NCBI RefSeq assembly: GCF_018977255.1
Contig: NW_024704742.1
Coordinates: 97,466,001 to 97,530,000, forward strand
Source: Callorhinchus milii
Taxonomy: Eukaryota
Direction of reading: 5' to 3'
DNA length: 64,000 bases
A program made the position numbers and the translations under genes. The notes under the pieces are model-generated. The model saw nothing but the letters and a program-made list of their open reading frames with translations, had not been told where the DNA came from and did not search any database. The first letter of the stretch is position 1; every line of letters starts with the position of its first letter. Of the stretch, positions 26,766 through 40,370 are shown in pieces.

Positions 26766-29700
26766 TCAGTCGGATCATATCAGTCAGGACCATAACATTT
26801 AATGCGAATTACACAAAGTCCGAATAGCTGGCAAACTATACAAGTCATATAAAATCTGATTTAATCAATAATCTACATGGCGCATGCGTAATTCAAAGCA
26901 ACCGGTAAGTCCAGAGATACTGATCTGCACCGAAAAAAGTTTATGTTCACTTTTGCACTCAGTGCTGTACATAATGGAATCCAATGGAGCAGTGTAGACT
27001 ATTTTAACAGTTTGTACGGACATAATATTATAGCTGCCAATAACACTGGCACTCCCCTGAGTAAGAAAGCGCTGTATGTTGAGCTGTTCATACCAATTAA
27101 TCTAATTTTTTTCTCATTGGAGGATATTCTGCTCCATGCTCACTGCTGTGGACTTTGTGGCCATGTTGTAGGAAACAACACAAAATTAGATGTTGTCCAT
27201 CATGTGTGTTTTGGTCCTGAAGTAGTATTCTGGTCTTGTCCAAGAAACTATTATCAGGGAATTCACATTGAGCAACAGATATGTGTTCTTCTTTAGGCAG
27301 ATTTATGGAGTTGGTAAGAAGTAGAACCTTAATAACGATAATAATAATAATCCTTGTATTTTATATAGCACCTTACACATCAGGAGAACGTCCCAAAGCA
27401 CTTCACAGGATATATTGTAAAGTGGAGTAATTGTGATACACAACCTTACTAGAAGCAGTGACATTTAATGGCAGCATTCAACTCTCATGAACCAGAAATT
27501 ACTGTTTTTCTCAAACTGGTACTGATGTGTTGACATGTTCCAGTCAATGGTATAAAATTCTGTTACTCAGACTATTGTTCAGTCAAGCAGATCTTTTATG
27601 TCTTTGCTTACAATAAGAGTGAATGCAATCATTGTTTAAAAATTGCTACTTTGCCGTTGCTCCTGGGCCATACCTGTACCTAATTTTTGAACAAAGCTGT
27701 TGTCTTAGTAATCTTTGCATTTGATATAGCACCTTATCACTTCGTCGAGAGGTGTCAAAGCGCTTCACAGAATATCCTGTAAAGTGAATTGACTGCATAT
27801 TTTATGGGCAAAACACGGCAGCCAATTGCGCACAGCAGTGTCCCACCAACAGTTGAGGATTGAATGACCAAATTATTATTTTCAAAAAGTTTGAAGCGAT
27901 TACTACACCCTTCAATATGAGAACATACAAAATGTAGGAGGTTATTTTTATTTACTCTATGAATCATGAATCAATGCTAGTTTGGTTAGTATACTGTAAT
28001 GTCATTGTAACCCACAGCTGATGCTTGATGCTGATTGAACCTTCCAGTTTGCGCAACAAAATATTCAGTGACAGCTGATTCAGAAATGAAATGTGGAATC
28101 CTTAACTGCTATTTAGGCAGCTGAATTATAAGAAATAGTATTGAAGACTACCCAGCAGGTGGCAAAACCATTACACACTGACTGCTGCATTTGACTGGAA
28201 GCTGTATTTCACTAAAACCAGAAAAATGATACCTTCAGTACAAATCTGATTTTTACAGTGGAAATTGTAGAGCTTAAAATATTAAGCCCTTTATGGATCT
28301 TGCAACTTTATTTCATGAGAAATTTAAAGCAGTTTCAAACTTGGGCAAACACATTGGAGCCCCATTATAATGCAGTGCTTGGAATTCTAGAAAATTCCAA
28401 CACACATAATGAAAGCTGAGTTCGCTGCTCATGCCGCCAGCTGTCTTGCTCACCATGCGCCAGTCAGTTCCCACACTAAAAGACAAATTGACAGAACTTC
28501 CTTTTTGCATGGTCAATTATTGCAGCACACCCGCACCCTCTGTTAGAGTCTCACCCTAGAACATATGAGTTCAAAGTCCCTACTTGGAGTTTGAACTCAC
28601 AAGCTTGCTGACAATTGAGCCAGGTTGACACCACCTAACCATATTTATCGGTTGTTTTTAAGCACTTTTTGAGTCATTATTTTACTTAAAAAATTATGTA
28701 TAAGTGAAAGCTGTTACATTTTGCAGGAGTGGTCAGTACAGACCTTACTGGTTTTATTCCACTGACCAATACAGTAAGTATTAATGAAATAAGTACAATA
28801 AATAACAATGGAATTAGAAAAATATGTCATTGCAGATGCAAGTAAACAGGAAAGTATAAGTTTAAATTTTTTTAAAACAGGAAGAGAAACTTAAAACAAA
28901 GTTTTAGAAATTACTGAAGGAGTTTATTTGGCCTATTCAGCCTATGCTGGTGCTTGCTGCTTAAATTGAGTTTAACACTTCATTCCCCACCTTACCCTGG
29001 ATCCTATTGTTCTTTTCTTTGTGTTTAAGCAATTACTTTTTAAACATTAGAATGGTCTTAACTTCAATACTCATGGCAAAACATTTCATGTTTTAATAGC
29101 CCTCTATGTGGGGAGAAACTATTTTAAACTCCTCCTAAACTTTCTTCTGACCTCATAGGTAGAGTGGGAAATAAAGTAAAGTTGTAAATTATAATAGAAG
29201 TGAATAATGCAGACCAGGAGATCAGAAGCAGTGATTAAGGTTGCAACATTGCAGCCTGCCTAGAAATTCTACTCTAATTGATTTAGTGCTATTGCGTGGA
29301 TTCCATCCACTTTTGTGCCTCATTACTCTTATATAAAAAGTGTTTCAGAATGATTGTTTCACTGCCAGCCATTGTATTTCACATTATCTTGGATGTTATT
29401 TGCTTTATTTATCTACTTTGGAGTGCCACCAATATTTATTTGTGTGTTTCAAAAAAAGTGTGTATTAAAAAAAACTATTTTTATCAGTAGCTCTCGCACT
29501 TTAGCAATGTCTTTCATCCATGAACAATCCCTCCCCCATCTTCTTCAATGCTCTGCTTGCTACAAACAATCCCTTTTAATTCTCCCCTAATGTTCTTTCA
29601 GTTTTTCTTCCATCCATGATAAATGTTTCAGAGTTTTTTTAGTTTAATGACCAATCATTTTCTTTCCATTTCCATAAATTACTTAAAACATTTTTGTTTA

Positions 29701-30159
29701 TTATGAATTTAACTTGACCTGTTTATTTTAATACTTGTAACCTAGATTTGCTTAGTATTGGCCAACAGCATTGATTTCACAATCTTCCCTAAATTCTTAG
29801 CTCATTGCTTCAAGTTGACCTCTCCCCAACCCCAAAATGTAGTACAATACATCCATTTTATAAACCTTGCTTCACAATCTGTAACACAGTGTTAACTATA
29901 ATAGCATTTTCTGCAATAGTAATTTAAGAATTCCCCAACTTTCAGATTTCAGCTTTCTCAAACTGTCAGTGAAATATTGGATGCAGATTGGCTGATCTTC
30001 CTCATATCTTTTTGACACATATCAAAAAAGCATTTCTCCAGTATTTTAACAACAACAAATTGCATTTATGTAGCATTTTTCATGTCAGGAGGACATCCAA
30101 AGGTGTTGAAACTCCACAAGTTAACTCGCTCCTTTGAAACAGCAAATTTGAAACCAGCT

Positions 30160-30490
30160 AATGCAAAACTGTGCCATCTGCATACTCACCCGTACTAAAC
30201 TCCGTACTCCCATCACACCAGGCTCCACTGACTCCCTATCACCAAACAAATCAATTTCCAGATCCTCACACTTGTTTTCAAATCCCTTCATGCCCTGGCA
30301 TCTCCCTACCTCTGACCTGCTTACCCTCCAATCCACAACCCGCTGCCTCCGCTCGACTGGCTCGGCCTTCTGCATGTCCCTCGTGCCCTCTATTCCACTA
30401 TCAGCGATCCACTACGCCCCAAAGCTCTGCAACACTCTTCCTCTATTACTCTGCCTTGCCCCTTTCCTATCTTCAGGCCGCGCTTGAAGA
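30160..30490 (+). mobile_element. L2 fragment
   Basis: Encodes QNCAICILTRTKLRTPITP. Confidence 0.75.
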
Positions 30491-31167
30491 CCTTCGTGTG
30501 TTTTTGTTGGAGGAAGAACCAGTATTCTCAGAGTATATGACACTTTGTGCCAGAATTATAATACCTTGTTGTTGATACAGAGGGCATGTTTAATAAATTA
30601 TGATTAAATACTTCAACAGAAGCATAACTGTACAAAATAATATAAGAGTATTGTGTAAACAACAGGTGAACTTAAGCACTCTTAAGTTCATTGTGTTGAT
30701 TATAGTATGCTATGTATTGTTATTTCAATGAATTGAATCTTAGTCTGTCTGGATGAATGCATCTATTCATAATAATCCTTGATTTTATTGCAGAATACAT
30801 CTATTTGCCAGCAATTGAAGCAAAGAACAGATTGTTTTGACTTAATGCTTATACTAATATAGATTTAACACAAAGATTGTATTTGGAGCAACAAAACTAC
30901 ACTCCAAATAGCCTGCTTGGTCTCCATCAAAATGAACCCAACTAGGTGGCTCAGAGATGGAGATAGAAAAACAATGGTTTTAATTTTAGAAAAAATTAAA
31001 CCTTTTATTTTGATCTCTTTCTGTCACCTTTCCCCTTTCCATTTGATAATGGAATAATGCCTTGCACAACAGTGAAGTGCTTAGGGTGAAGTGCATTTTA
31101 ATAGCTAAATGTTCTTGTATACTCTTGCTGACATTTATTTACTGACTGGGGTATTCCCTCATTTTAG

Positions 31168-31344
31168 ATGAGACGCCTATTGCCACCAACACTGCAAAAG
31201 AGGAAGTGGAACCCATACCGGAATATACCGCGGAGCAAGAACGCACAGATAATCGGCTGTGGAGGACAGTTGTCATTGGAGAGCAGGAGCACAGGATTGA
31301 CATGAAGGCCATTGAACCTTACCAAAAGGTTATCTCTCATGGCG
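31168..31344 (+). CDS. PRUNE2: PRUNE2-like exon (DETPIATNTAKEEVEPIPEYTAEQERTDNRLWRTVVIGEQEHRIDMKAIEPYQKVISHG)
   Basis: attttAG acceptor, ggcg|GTatgt donor; 177 nt, phase 1-1. Contains the RLWRTVVIGEQE motif typical of BCH proteins. Confidence 0.95.
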
Positions 31345-32129
31345 GTATGTTAATTAATCAAATCACTTATGCTTTGACTAGAAACACGAGATGCACTCAA
31401 TTTATGATCGAGGTGTAAATTATTGTCACTGAGGGGCTGGGATTCAACCTCTGTTAATCTTGCAAGCTAAAACCCCCACACATAGTGTGAAACAGCAGCA
31501 AGAAGTTTGCCAGACAGTGCTTTCAAGCTACAAGATTTTAGCTGGTTAAACTCGAGCAATATCTCAATGCACGTTCTGGATTCTCAAGCCTTGGTTCTTC
31601 CTAACCTGCATCTAATACTCTCCAGAATAGGGTAAGCAGGATGTGTCCCTCCAGGAAGAGTGTGTGCATTCCAAACACAGAGAAAATTGTATATCTAGAT
31701 GGTATACCTATGTGGCACTCTCAGTCTGGTTTGGATACTCAAGAATTTTTAAGATACTGAAAATACTTAAGAATTCTAATGGACTTCTGTATGTGCCAGA
31801 CATTTAGCCGACCAAGTAAAAAGAGAAATAGTGTACAAGAGACACACTGAATTTTAAGATCAGGGTGTAGATTGTTTTAGCTCACTTCTCAGGTGCTTTC
31901 TTTAGTAGTAGAATTAGGAAAATATTATCATGCTGGGGAAAAGGAATTACTTTTTGTTACTTTATATAATTCTGCTACTAAACTTGACTTTTAGAAAGCA
32001 AAATCAACCTTTTCAGTAGAACAAAGCCTATTAATCCTGGCATATAGTGAACTTTCTGTGAGATGTTTACTTTGCCGATAAATGCTAAGAACACCTTTGG
32101 ATGTTTAGTGATTCTCCCTATGTTGTATA

Positions 32130-33340
32130 GAATCATAGACTATTACAGCACAGGAGACCATTTGGCCCATCGTGTCTGTACCGTATCTTTGGAAGAGCTA
32201 CACAATCAGTCCCACTCCCCTGCTCTTTCCCTATGTTCTTGCAAATGTTTCCACTTCAAGTACCTAACCAATTCCCTTTTGAAACTATTGAATCTTAAGT
32301 TATTGAATCTATTTCCACAAACCTTTCAAACAGTGCATTCCAGAACATAACAACGCTTTGTGTGAAAAATTTCTCATCTACCCTTTGGTTCTTTAGTGAA
32401 TTATCTTAAATCTACGTTCCCAAATTACTGACCCACCTGTCAGTGGAAACAATTTTCCCCTACCTCCTCTATCAAAACCCCTCATAATTTTGAACACCTC
32501 TATTAAATTTCCTCTTAACCTTCTTTACTCCAAGGAGAACAATCACAGATTTTCTCGTCTCTCTACATAACTAAAGTCCCTCATGCCTGGTAGCTTTCTG
32601 GTAAAACTCCTCTGCACTCTCTCCAAGACCTTGATATCTTTCCTAAAGTGTGGTAGTCAGAATTGGACACAATACTCCAGCTGAGGGCTAACCAGTGATT
32701 TATAAAGGTTTAGCAGAACTTCCTTGCTTTCATATTCTATGCCTCTATTTATACAGCCAAGGATTAATGTTTTTAATAGCTCTATCAACCTGTCCTGCCA
32801 CCTTCAAAGACCTGTGTATGTGAACCCTCAGGTCTGCCTGGTCCTGAACCCCCTTTAAAACTGTATCATTTAGTGAATATTGCCTCTCCGAAAATGCATC
32901 ACCTCACATTTCTCTGCATTAAACTTCATCTGCCATGTGTCTGCCCATTTCACCAGTGTGTCTATGTCCTCCTGCAGTCTGCTGCTATCCTTCTCACTGT
33001 TTACTATGTTCCCAAGTTTTGTATCATCTGCAAACTTTAAAATTTTGCTTTCTATACCCAAGTCCAATTCATTTGTGATTATCAAAGAGCATAGTGGACC
33101 TGATACCGACCCCGGGGGACACCACTGTATACTTCCCTCCAGTCTGAAAAACAATCATTCACCACTACCCTCTGCTTTCTGTCTCCCAGACAACTGTACC
33201 TTTTATCCCATGGGCTTCAATTTTGCTAACTAGTCTATTATGTGGCACTTTATCAAACACCTTCTGAAAGTCCATATGCGCTACATCAACTGCACTACCT
33301 TCATCAATCCACTCTGTTATTTTAACAAAGAACTCAATTA
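32130..33340 (-). mobile_element. CR1 LINE (RT and 3' end)
   Basis: Encodes KFADDTKLG, WADTWQMKFNAEKC and DFQKVFDKVPH; resumes at about 33727-33760. Confidence 0.92.
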
Positions 33341-33726
33341 GGTTACGAGGAGACCTAATAGGGGTCTTCGAAATCATGAGGGGATTTGATAGGTTAGAAA
33401 GGGAAAAACTGTTTCCGTTGGTGGGTGTGTCGGTGACTCAAGGTCACAGATTCAAAATAGTATCTAAAAGAAGCAGAGGGGAGGTGAGAAGATATTTTTT
33501 CACGCAGCGAGTTGTTCGAATCTGGAACACATTGCCTGAAAGGGTGGTCGAGGCCGATTCGATAACTACTTCTAAAAACACGGTGGATGGGTATTTCAGA
33601 AGGATGAAGGATTAAGGGAAAGGGCTGGGGAGTGGGATTGACATTACATAGCTCTTTTTCAAAGAGCCGGCACAAACTCGATGGATCGAATGGCCTCTTT
33701 TTGTGCTGTACGATTCTATGATTCTA
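33341..33726 (+). mobile_element. CR1 3' fragment inserted antisense into CR1
   Basis: Encodes RGDLIGVFEIMRGFDRL...FFTQRVVRIWNTLPE; attctatg tail. Confidence 0.9.
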
Positions 33727-33924
33727 AGTTTATCAGACATGATTTGCCTTTAACAAAGCCAGGTGAACCAGGTATTATTTCTAGAAAACCCTGAAGCAAC
33801 CATCATTCAGAATTTAAATCAGTTTCAATTAGGATTTTCTGCTTCCACTGAATAAATCCACTGAAACTAGATTCACAATAAATGATGAATTGTGATATTT
33901 GGTGCATTTATTTGTTGACTACTA

Positions 33925-35251
33925 CAACAACAACAACTTGGATTTATATAGCACCCTCCATGCTGGACGGCGTCTCAGAGTGCTTCACAGTAACAGATCC
34001 TGGGGCTGAGCCAGGGAGAGGGGGAGGAAGGGACCAAAGGCGCAGGCGAAAAGAAAGGTCTTCAGCAGAGACTTGAAAATAGGAAGAGAAGGGGCAAGGC
34101 GAAGGGAGTGAGGAAGGGAGTTCCAAAGGCTGGGGGCATAGTGGCTGAATGCACGGCTGCCGAGGGTGGAGCAGAGGACTCGGGGGACAAGGAGGAGGCC
34201 AGATCCGGAGGAACGAAGGCAATGGGCACTGTTTTGATGAGAGGAGGTCAGAGAGGTAGGAGGGTTCAGAGGAGTGGAGGGATTTGAATACAAGGGTGAG
34301 GATCTTGAAGTCAATCCTTTCTGGGACAGGCAGCCAATGCAGTCTGGCAAGGACTGGGGTGATCGGGGAGCGGAGTTTGGTGCAGGTGAGAATGCGGGCG
34401 GCAGAGTTTTGAATAATCTGGATTTTATGGATGGTAGTGGATGGGAGGCCGATGAGGAGGGTGTTTGAATAGTCCAGCCGAGAGTTGACAAAGTCATGGA
34501 CCAGGGTTTCAGCGGCTTTCGGAGAGAGGTATTGGCGGAGATGGGTGATGCATCAGAGGTGGGAGAAGGCAGTGCTGGTGAGGGACCGGATGTGGGGGAG
34601 GAAGGATAATTGGGGGTTGAACCTGACGCCTAGGTTGTGTATGGGTTCGGAGAGTTTTAGGGGGAGGTCGGGTAGGTGGAGGAGGTGAGAACTGTGAGAT
34701 TTTAGATGTTGACGAGAGCCAAAGAGTATGGCTTCCGTCTTGTCAAAGTTCAGCTGAAGTAAATTTGCGCTCATCCAGCTCCTGAGGTCTGACAGGCAGC
34801 CTGACAGAACATCAGGGGACCGAGGGTCACAAAGTGAAGGTGGAAAAATAGAGTTGGGTGTCGTCTGCATACATGTGGAAGTGTACCCCATGTCTGCGGA
34901 TGAATCCCCAAGAGAGAGCATGTAGATCAGAAAGAGGAGAGGGCCAAGGATGGATCCCTGGGGTACCCCACAGGTAACCGGGTGAGAGCGGGAGGAGAAG
35001 CCGTTTGTGCAGATGTGCTGCTGGAGGTTTGTGAGGTAGGACTCGAACCAGGCAAGTGCAGTCCCACTGAGGTGGATGACGGAGGAAAGGCTGTGGAGGA
35101 GGATGGTGTGATCGACTGTATCGAACGCGGCGGAGAGGTCCAGGAGGACAAGGAGGCAGAGGGATCCCTGGTCACAGATAGAGAGGATGTTGTTTGTGAC
35201 TTTTACAAGCGCAGTCTCTGTACTGTGGGCAGGATGGAAACTGGACTGGAG
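33925..35251 (-). mobile_element. L2 LINE with 8-bp TSD
   Basis: Encodes HSTETALVKV, LLDLSAAFDTVDH and GVPQGSILGP; gactacta duplicated at 33917 and 35252. Confidence 0.93.
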
Positions 35252-35499
35252 GACTACTAGACCCATAGTTGAATCTCTGAAATGAAATTTACAAATGAAT
35301 TAACCCAATTGTCCAGAGTATTTTGTTGGAAGGTAAATGCACATCAATCCACTTTTACAGTGAAGCACTTTGTGACATGACATGAAGGGCCATATATCAA
35401 CGGCAAGGATAACCTTTATTACTGTGAAATAAATTTCCCTTTCTACCACTCCTATTAGCCAAAAGAGAAACATTTGAAGGTATCCATTGCAACTCACTT

Positions 35500-35965
35500 T
35501 GGTATATCCTGAAATTGCTCTTTGTGGTTCTAAATCTGTGTCCTCTTTTTCGCGCATCCACAGGTATTGTTCTGAGTTTACTTTCTCAATCCCAATTAAA
35601 ACGTTGGGTACCTCTATAAGGTCTCCTCTGAGACATCTTTTTTCAACACTGAAGAGCCCTATCTTGTCTAATTGATGCTCATAGTTCATTCCTTCAGCAC
35701 TGAAGATTATCTTTTGCTGTCCTCTGCACTGCCTCCAGTGAATTTTTTTGCAGAGGAGTTGTTCGGATCTGGAATGCATTGTCTGAAAAGATGGTGGAAG
35801 CCAATTTATTAACAACTTTTAAGAGAGAAGTAGATAATTATTTGGGGAGGACAAGTTTGCAGGGCTATGAGGAGAGAGCGGGGGAGTGGGGTGATTTGGA
35901 TAGCTGTTTTCAAAGAGCAGGCACAGACACGATGGGCCGAATGGCCTTCTTCTGTGCTTGATTCT
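35500..35965. mobile_element. Two abutting CR1 fragments (minus, then plus)
   Basis: Minus strand encodes LFSVEKRCLRGDLIEV; plus strand has a CR1 3' end from about 35744. Confidence 0.75.
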
Positions 35966-36658
35966 TTAATCCAGGTCCATCCTGACCAGACGTGGGGAAG
36001 ACAAAACCCAACATTTGTTTTAATTACAACTGCTTTTTTATAAAAAGAATCATCAGTCTGCAGACTGATCTGTTTACTTTAATTACAATTCTGTGTCAGA
36101 TCCATTCAGCAAACTTTGCAATGCAAATCAAGATTTTCTTTACATATTTTTTACTATGGCCTAGAATGAAATAACAACATATGAAACGTATGCAATGTAT
36201 GTTTAGAAGTTTGGTTAATAAAATGTATCTGCAATATATAATTCAGTTCAACTATAAAATATAGTCATTACATTTACAATATAATCCTGTGAAGCACTGT
36301 GAGACATCCTCCCAACATGAGAGGTGTTATACCAAAAGTAAGGATTATAGGATTATAATAGTGACAGATTGGCATTTAGTGCTCTTCTGAATTAATGAGA
36401 AAGGAAGTATCCTGAACTGGTTTTACATTTACCAGATTTCCTGTTTCCTAATGCAAAAAACCTCTGGGTTATTTTGAAATGGGATAGACTCATCTTCGAC
36501 TGTGCTTCGATCTCCCTGCTTCCCCCCACTCAGTAATTCTTTCTGTCCAGCGCCTTGGGACGTCCTCCCAACGTGAAAGGCAATTTTCAAATGTAATGTT
36601 GTTGTTGTTGTTTTGCTATCAGTAGGCAATACTAGACAAACACTTCTTGTTTTCTCAG

Positions 36659-36761
36659 GATACTATAGTGACGGACTCAATGCCATTATTGTGTTTGCTG
36701 CGTGTTTCCTACCAGAGAGTACTGGAGACAACTATCACTATGTTATGGAGAATCTTTTTTT
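36659..36761 (+). CDS. PRUNE2: BCH-domain exon ([35 protein letters not shown])
   Basis: tttctcAG acceptor, tt|GTgagt donor; 103 nt, phase 1 to 2. Confidence 0.95.
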
Positions 36762-39700
36762 GTGAGTAATATATCAAAACTCCTTAGAGTTGTTTAACCT
36801 GGATAAAGTCTGTCCTGTCTTGTGTTGGTAGAGCTAAGTTTGAATTCCAAAAGTGTCATGGACTAAGCCTACTTTATTGATCAATTACAGTATTTTTATT
36901 AATTAATCTATTATACTATATTGTACAGATGACCAAGTAACATAATTTTTTTTGCCTATGGTTTTCTTTATTGTGTTATTTTAGATTGCCAAAAATACCC
37001 TTGGAAATAAAATAAGCATTACATCAGTCATGTGGGAGATGGCATAGTATATCTGTGTGGTGAATGTCTCCATGCGGATCACATACCACTGCTATTTAAA
37101 TGGAGATCAGTAAGTCCTCAATATGACCCTCAACCTTTAGTTGAAAGCACATTACTAAGGTCTGTATCCCCATCCAAGTCAGTTGAGGCATGAATCCTTT
37201 TGGACCCTCCACCAATTATCAGCAGCTAAGCTAGCAACTAGTACTACGTATTCCATTCACATGCTGCAATATGATTTAATTCATTACTGCTGCCCCTGTT
37301 GTGAGTGATCTTTTGCATTTGCTCTTACTGCTTTTCAGAATAAGCTAATTCTATGTGGCCTCATTAATAACGCACTTCTATATAGTGTGAATTAAGTTAT
37401 AATGTCAATAATATGTGAATCCCATTCTATATACACATGCTCATCTGGTCTGCTTGATTCTCTTGCACAACGAATTGTGGCCGAATTCTGGGTCATTAGT
37501 GTGAGCACAGCAAACAGAAGTGACATCGGCAAGGACTTGGCCAACAGGGAGTCAGACAGTTTTCTGTTAGCGCAGGAACGAGCTGATGAGCAGGGAGCAA
37601 GCCGGTCAGCTGCCCACAAGCGCAGTGTAACCAGCCATCACACCCCGTTATAGCACAGACTGGAATTTTATAGATCCCAACCACAGTGGGGGCAGCATTG
37701 TGACCTATTGCCCACTAAGAGTTGTATTAAGTCTGCCCAGTCTAATGTATTGAGGATGTTTACAGCTTAGTAGAGAGAAAACTCATTCAACCCATGCATC
37801 TGAATGGCTACAAAAAAGAGGAAAAATAACCTGGTGTAATCCTGTTTTGCAACCTGTCCCCCTTGAATCTAAATATACTGATTTATAAAACATTCAAGCA
37901 TTCAAAAAGGAAAGGTGATTTGGATTCCTTTATAGTTATCTACTCAATAATTGATTTTGCTATCTTTTGTTGAGAAGGATGGCAGATAGTGATTCTTACT
38001 GTCATGCTTTGAATTATGAGTATGATGCTTTTATCCTTTTTTATTTGTCTCAAGAATTTGACTGGAAGCAAAACCCACAAAGGAGTAAAAGATTATTTAG
38101 ATGAATTTATTTCCATTTCTGGATGGCCTAAAGGATTAATGTGAATCCAACTAAACAGACTTGAGTGCTAGTCTATTGTTATTATTCTGAAATGTTATTA
38201 GATTTTACAGTTTTTAAAAATCTTTTCCAAATACTAAGTAAGGTTAGAATCTCAAATCTTCAGTTAGACTTGATTTAAAAGTACTTCTCTTAGGAAAAGG
38301 AAAAGCTTGTTTAATTTATAGTCTCTTCCTACTGCTGGAAAGGCAAAATCCAGATCATGTTTAGTTTCTGTGCATTTGAATTCCTCTCCTAGGTAGAATG
38401 TTAATTGTACTTCATGCTTTGAGATGCAATTCTGTCCCTTATTTGAATGATTGTTTTTTTATTTTAGAACACAGTAACATTCAATAATACTTTGTACAAT
38501 TTGCTTATATCTTGATAAATTCCTGTTATTGCCTGATCCTCCTGTGTATTTTCTCAGGTCGTCAATGGATGGCACTGTTGCTGCTGTGATGCAGCAGTCA
38601 CTTGAGAATATCTAACTCTGTGCAATGGGGAATATCTAACTGCAGCAATGGGGAGTAGCAATGGGGAGCAAAGCTAGGATTGGTTTCTGAGGAAACTTCT
38701 GAGGAGGGGTTCTCGTATTTTCAATTTTTCCCTCCGTAGTCGTAAAGGATTTACGGTCGAAATATTGTCTCCTGTTCAGTAGCTAGGTTTTGTTTACACA
38801 GTTGTGGTGAAGGGAGTTTCAATATTTAAGCTGCTTTTCTCAGCTAGTTTAAGGTGAGCATGTGTGGTTGAAACTAGTAGACCTCCAGTTCTTTGTCTAC
38901 CTAACCAGTGTAAAGGAATTGTATGAGAGGAGTCTGAGATATCTTGCCTCTTTATTTCTGCACTTCTCTTTAGCTTCTGGTAAGTGGCTTCCTAACAAAC
39001 AGGTCATGATTGGGAGCTTATATTCTACTACATTCTTACATAAGTATACGTTGACTATCAGCTACACCAGCAAGACTTCAGGACGTAACAACAGTAATAA
39101 TTTACTACACTATCACATTGACATCAAATGTAAGGATAATTATTATTTTTCAAGCATCTAATTCACAGGAGTGTCCCACAAACAATTGTGGATTGAGTAA
39201 TCAAATTATTATTAATATTTGAAGGGATTATTATTCGATATTCTATTAGAATAATAATTTATATGCAATGATCGTGCAGGTTCACTTTAAGAACAGTGGA
39301 AGAAGCACAAGTATTCATTGACTATAAAGATCAGCTAATGTACTCATGTAATGCTTGTTTATAGATTTAACGTCTTCAAAAAATCATTGTCTACTAGCCT
39401 AATCCTCCACCTTCTTGTATTGCTGTACCAGAGTACCTTTTGACTTTCTATTGCTTGGGTCAGGGATTTTGCACTAGTCATTTACAATTACAATCATGGA
39501 AAACCATAATAGACACTTTGATTCCCATCAGTTATTATATCTGAGTCACTTAATAGAGCACAGGAAACTCCGTAACCCATGAACAATTGGATATACAATT
39601 ACAGTCATAAGTGATTTACTGGATCACATGAATAACATGATTTCAAGGTCTAATTTTACCTGGAAACTTTCTTAAATCCCTCCGTCTTGCACTCCCCCAT

Positions 39701-40370
39701 ATTCCTGCCCCCCCATCTATCCTTGAACTATACTTCTTTGAATGTGCTTATGCTCCCTTCTCCCTTGCTCAGCATCTGACACTGCCTTGTAAAGTTATCT
39801 GCATGAAGGGTACTGTATAAATTCAAGATATTGTATTTTACTCTCTTCCAGTCTGTACATTTAAGGGAGAAATCCTTTGTGAGTTTATTCTACCAATATC
39901 TGCAAATTTACTGACAAGTAATCACCTCTTGTGTGAAGGATTTACGGTCAAAGTATTGACTCCTGTCCAGTAGCCAGGTTTTGTTTACACAGTTGTGGTT
40001 AAGGGAATTTCAGTATTTAAGCTTTTAATTAACATTTTCCACGCCTATAGTAAACAAGTGATTTGCTACAAAATATGCATTACACACAATGTTTCAGTGC
40101 TGTCATGGATACTCAATAGCAATAGAATTAGTCAAATTAATGGAGTCACCAGTGAGCCATAAGATCCTCTGAGGTAGAGGTTTAGCTTTACCTTCATCAT
40201 GTTTACCTTAAAACTCTCAGCCAGTTATTTACACAGTAAATGTCATAACTGGAGAAACTGGTTGCCTTATTGTTTTAAGTCAGTTATGACCCTTACTGTA
40301 GGACTACTCTTCCAAACATTGTTCCACACGAGCATACCACTTTGTATGCCAAACTGCCTCCCGGTACCTC

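Noticed and set aside
34553..35266. 237-aa reverse-transcriptase ORF as a gene or novel RT system
   Set aside because: It is a truncated, frameshifted L2 ORF2 bounded by a TSD.
35500..35965. Twin-priming 5' inversion of a single CR1
   Set aside because: The two fragments look like different subfamilies, and no TSD was found.
38558..38615. Extra exon after ttttctcAG
   Set aside because: In-frame stop within about 20 codons, no family similarity, and the acceptor looks repeat-derived.
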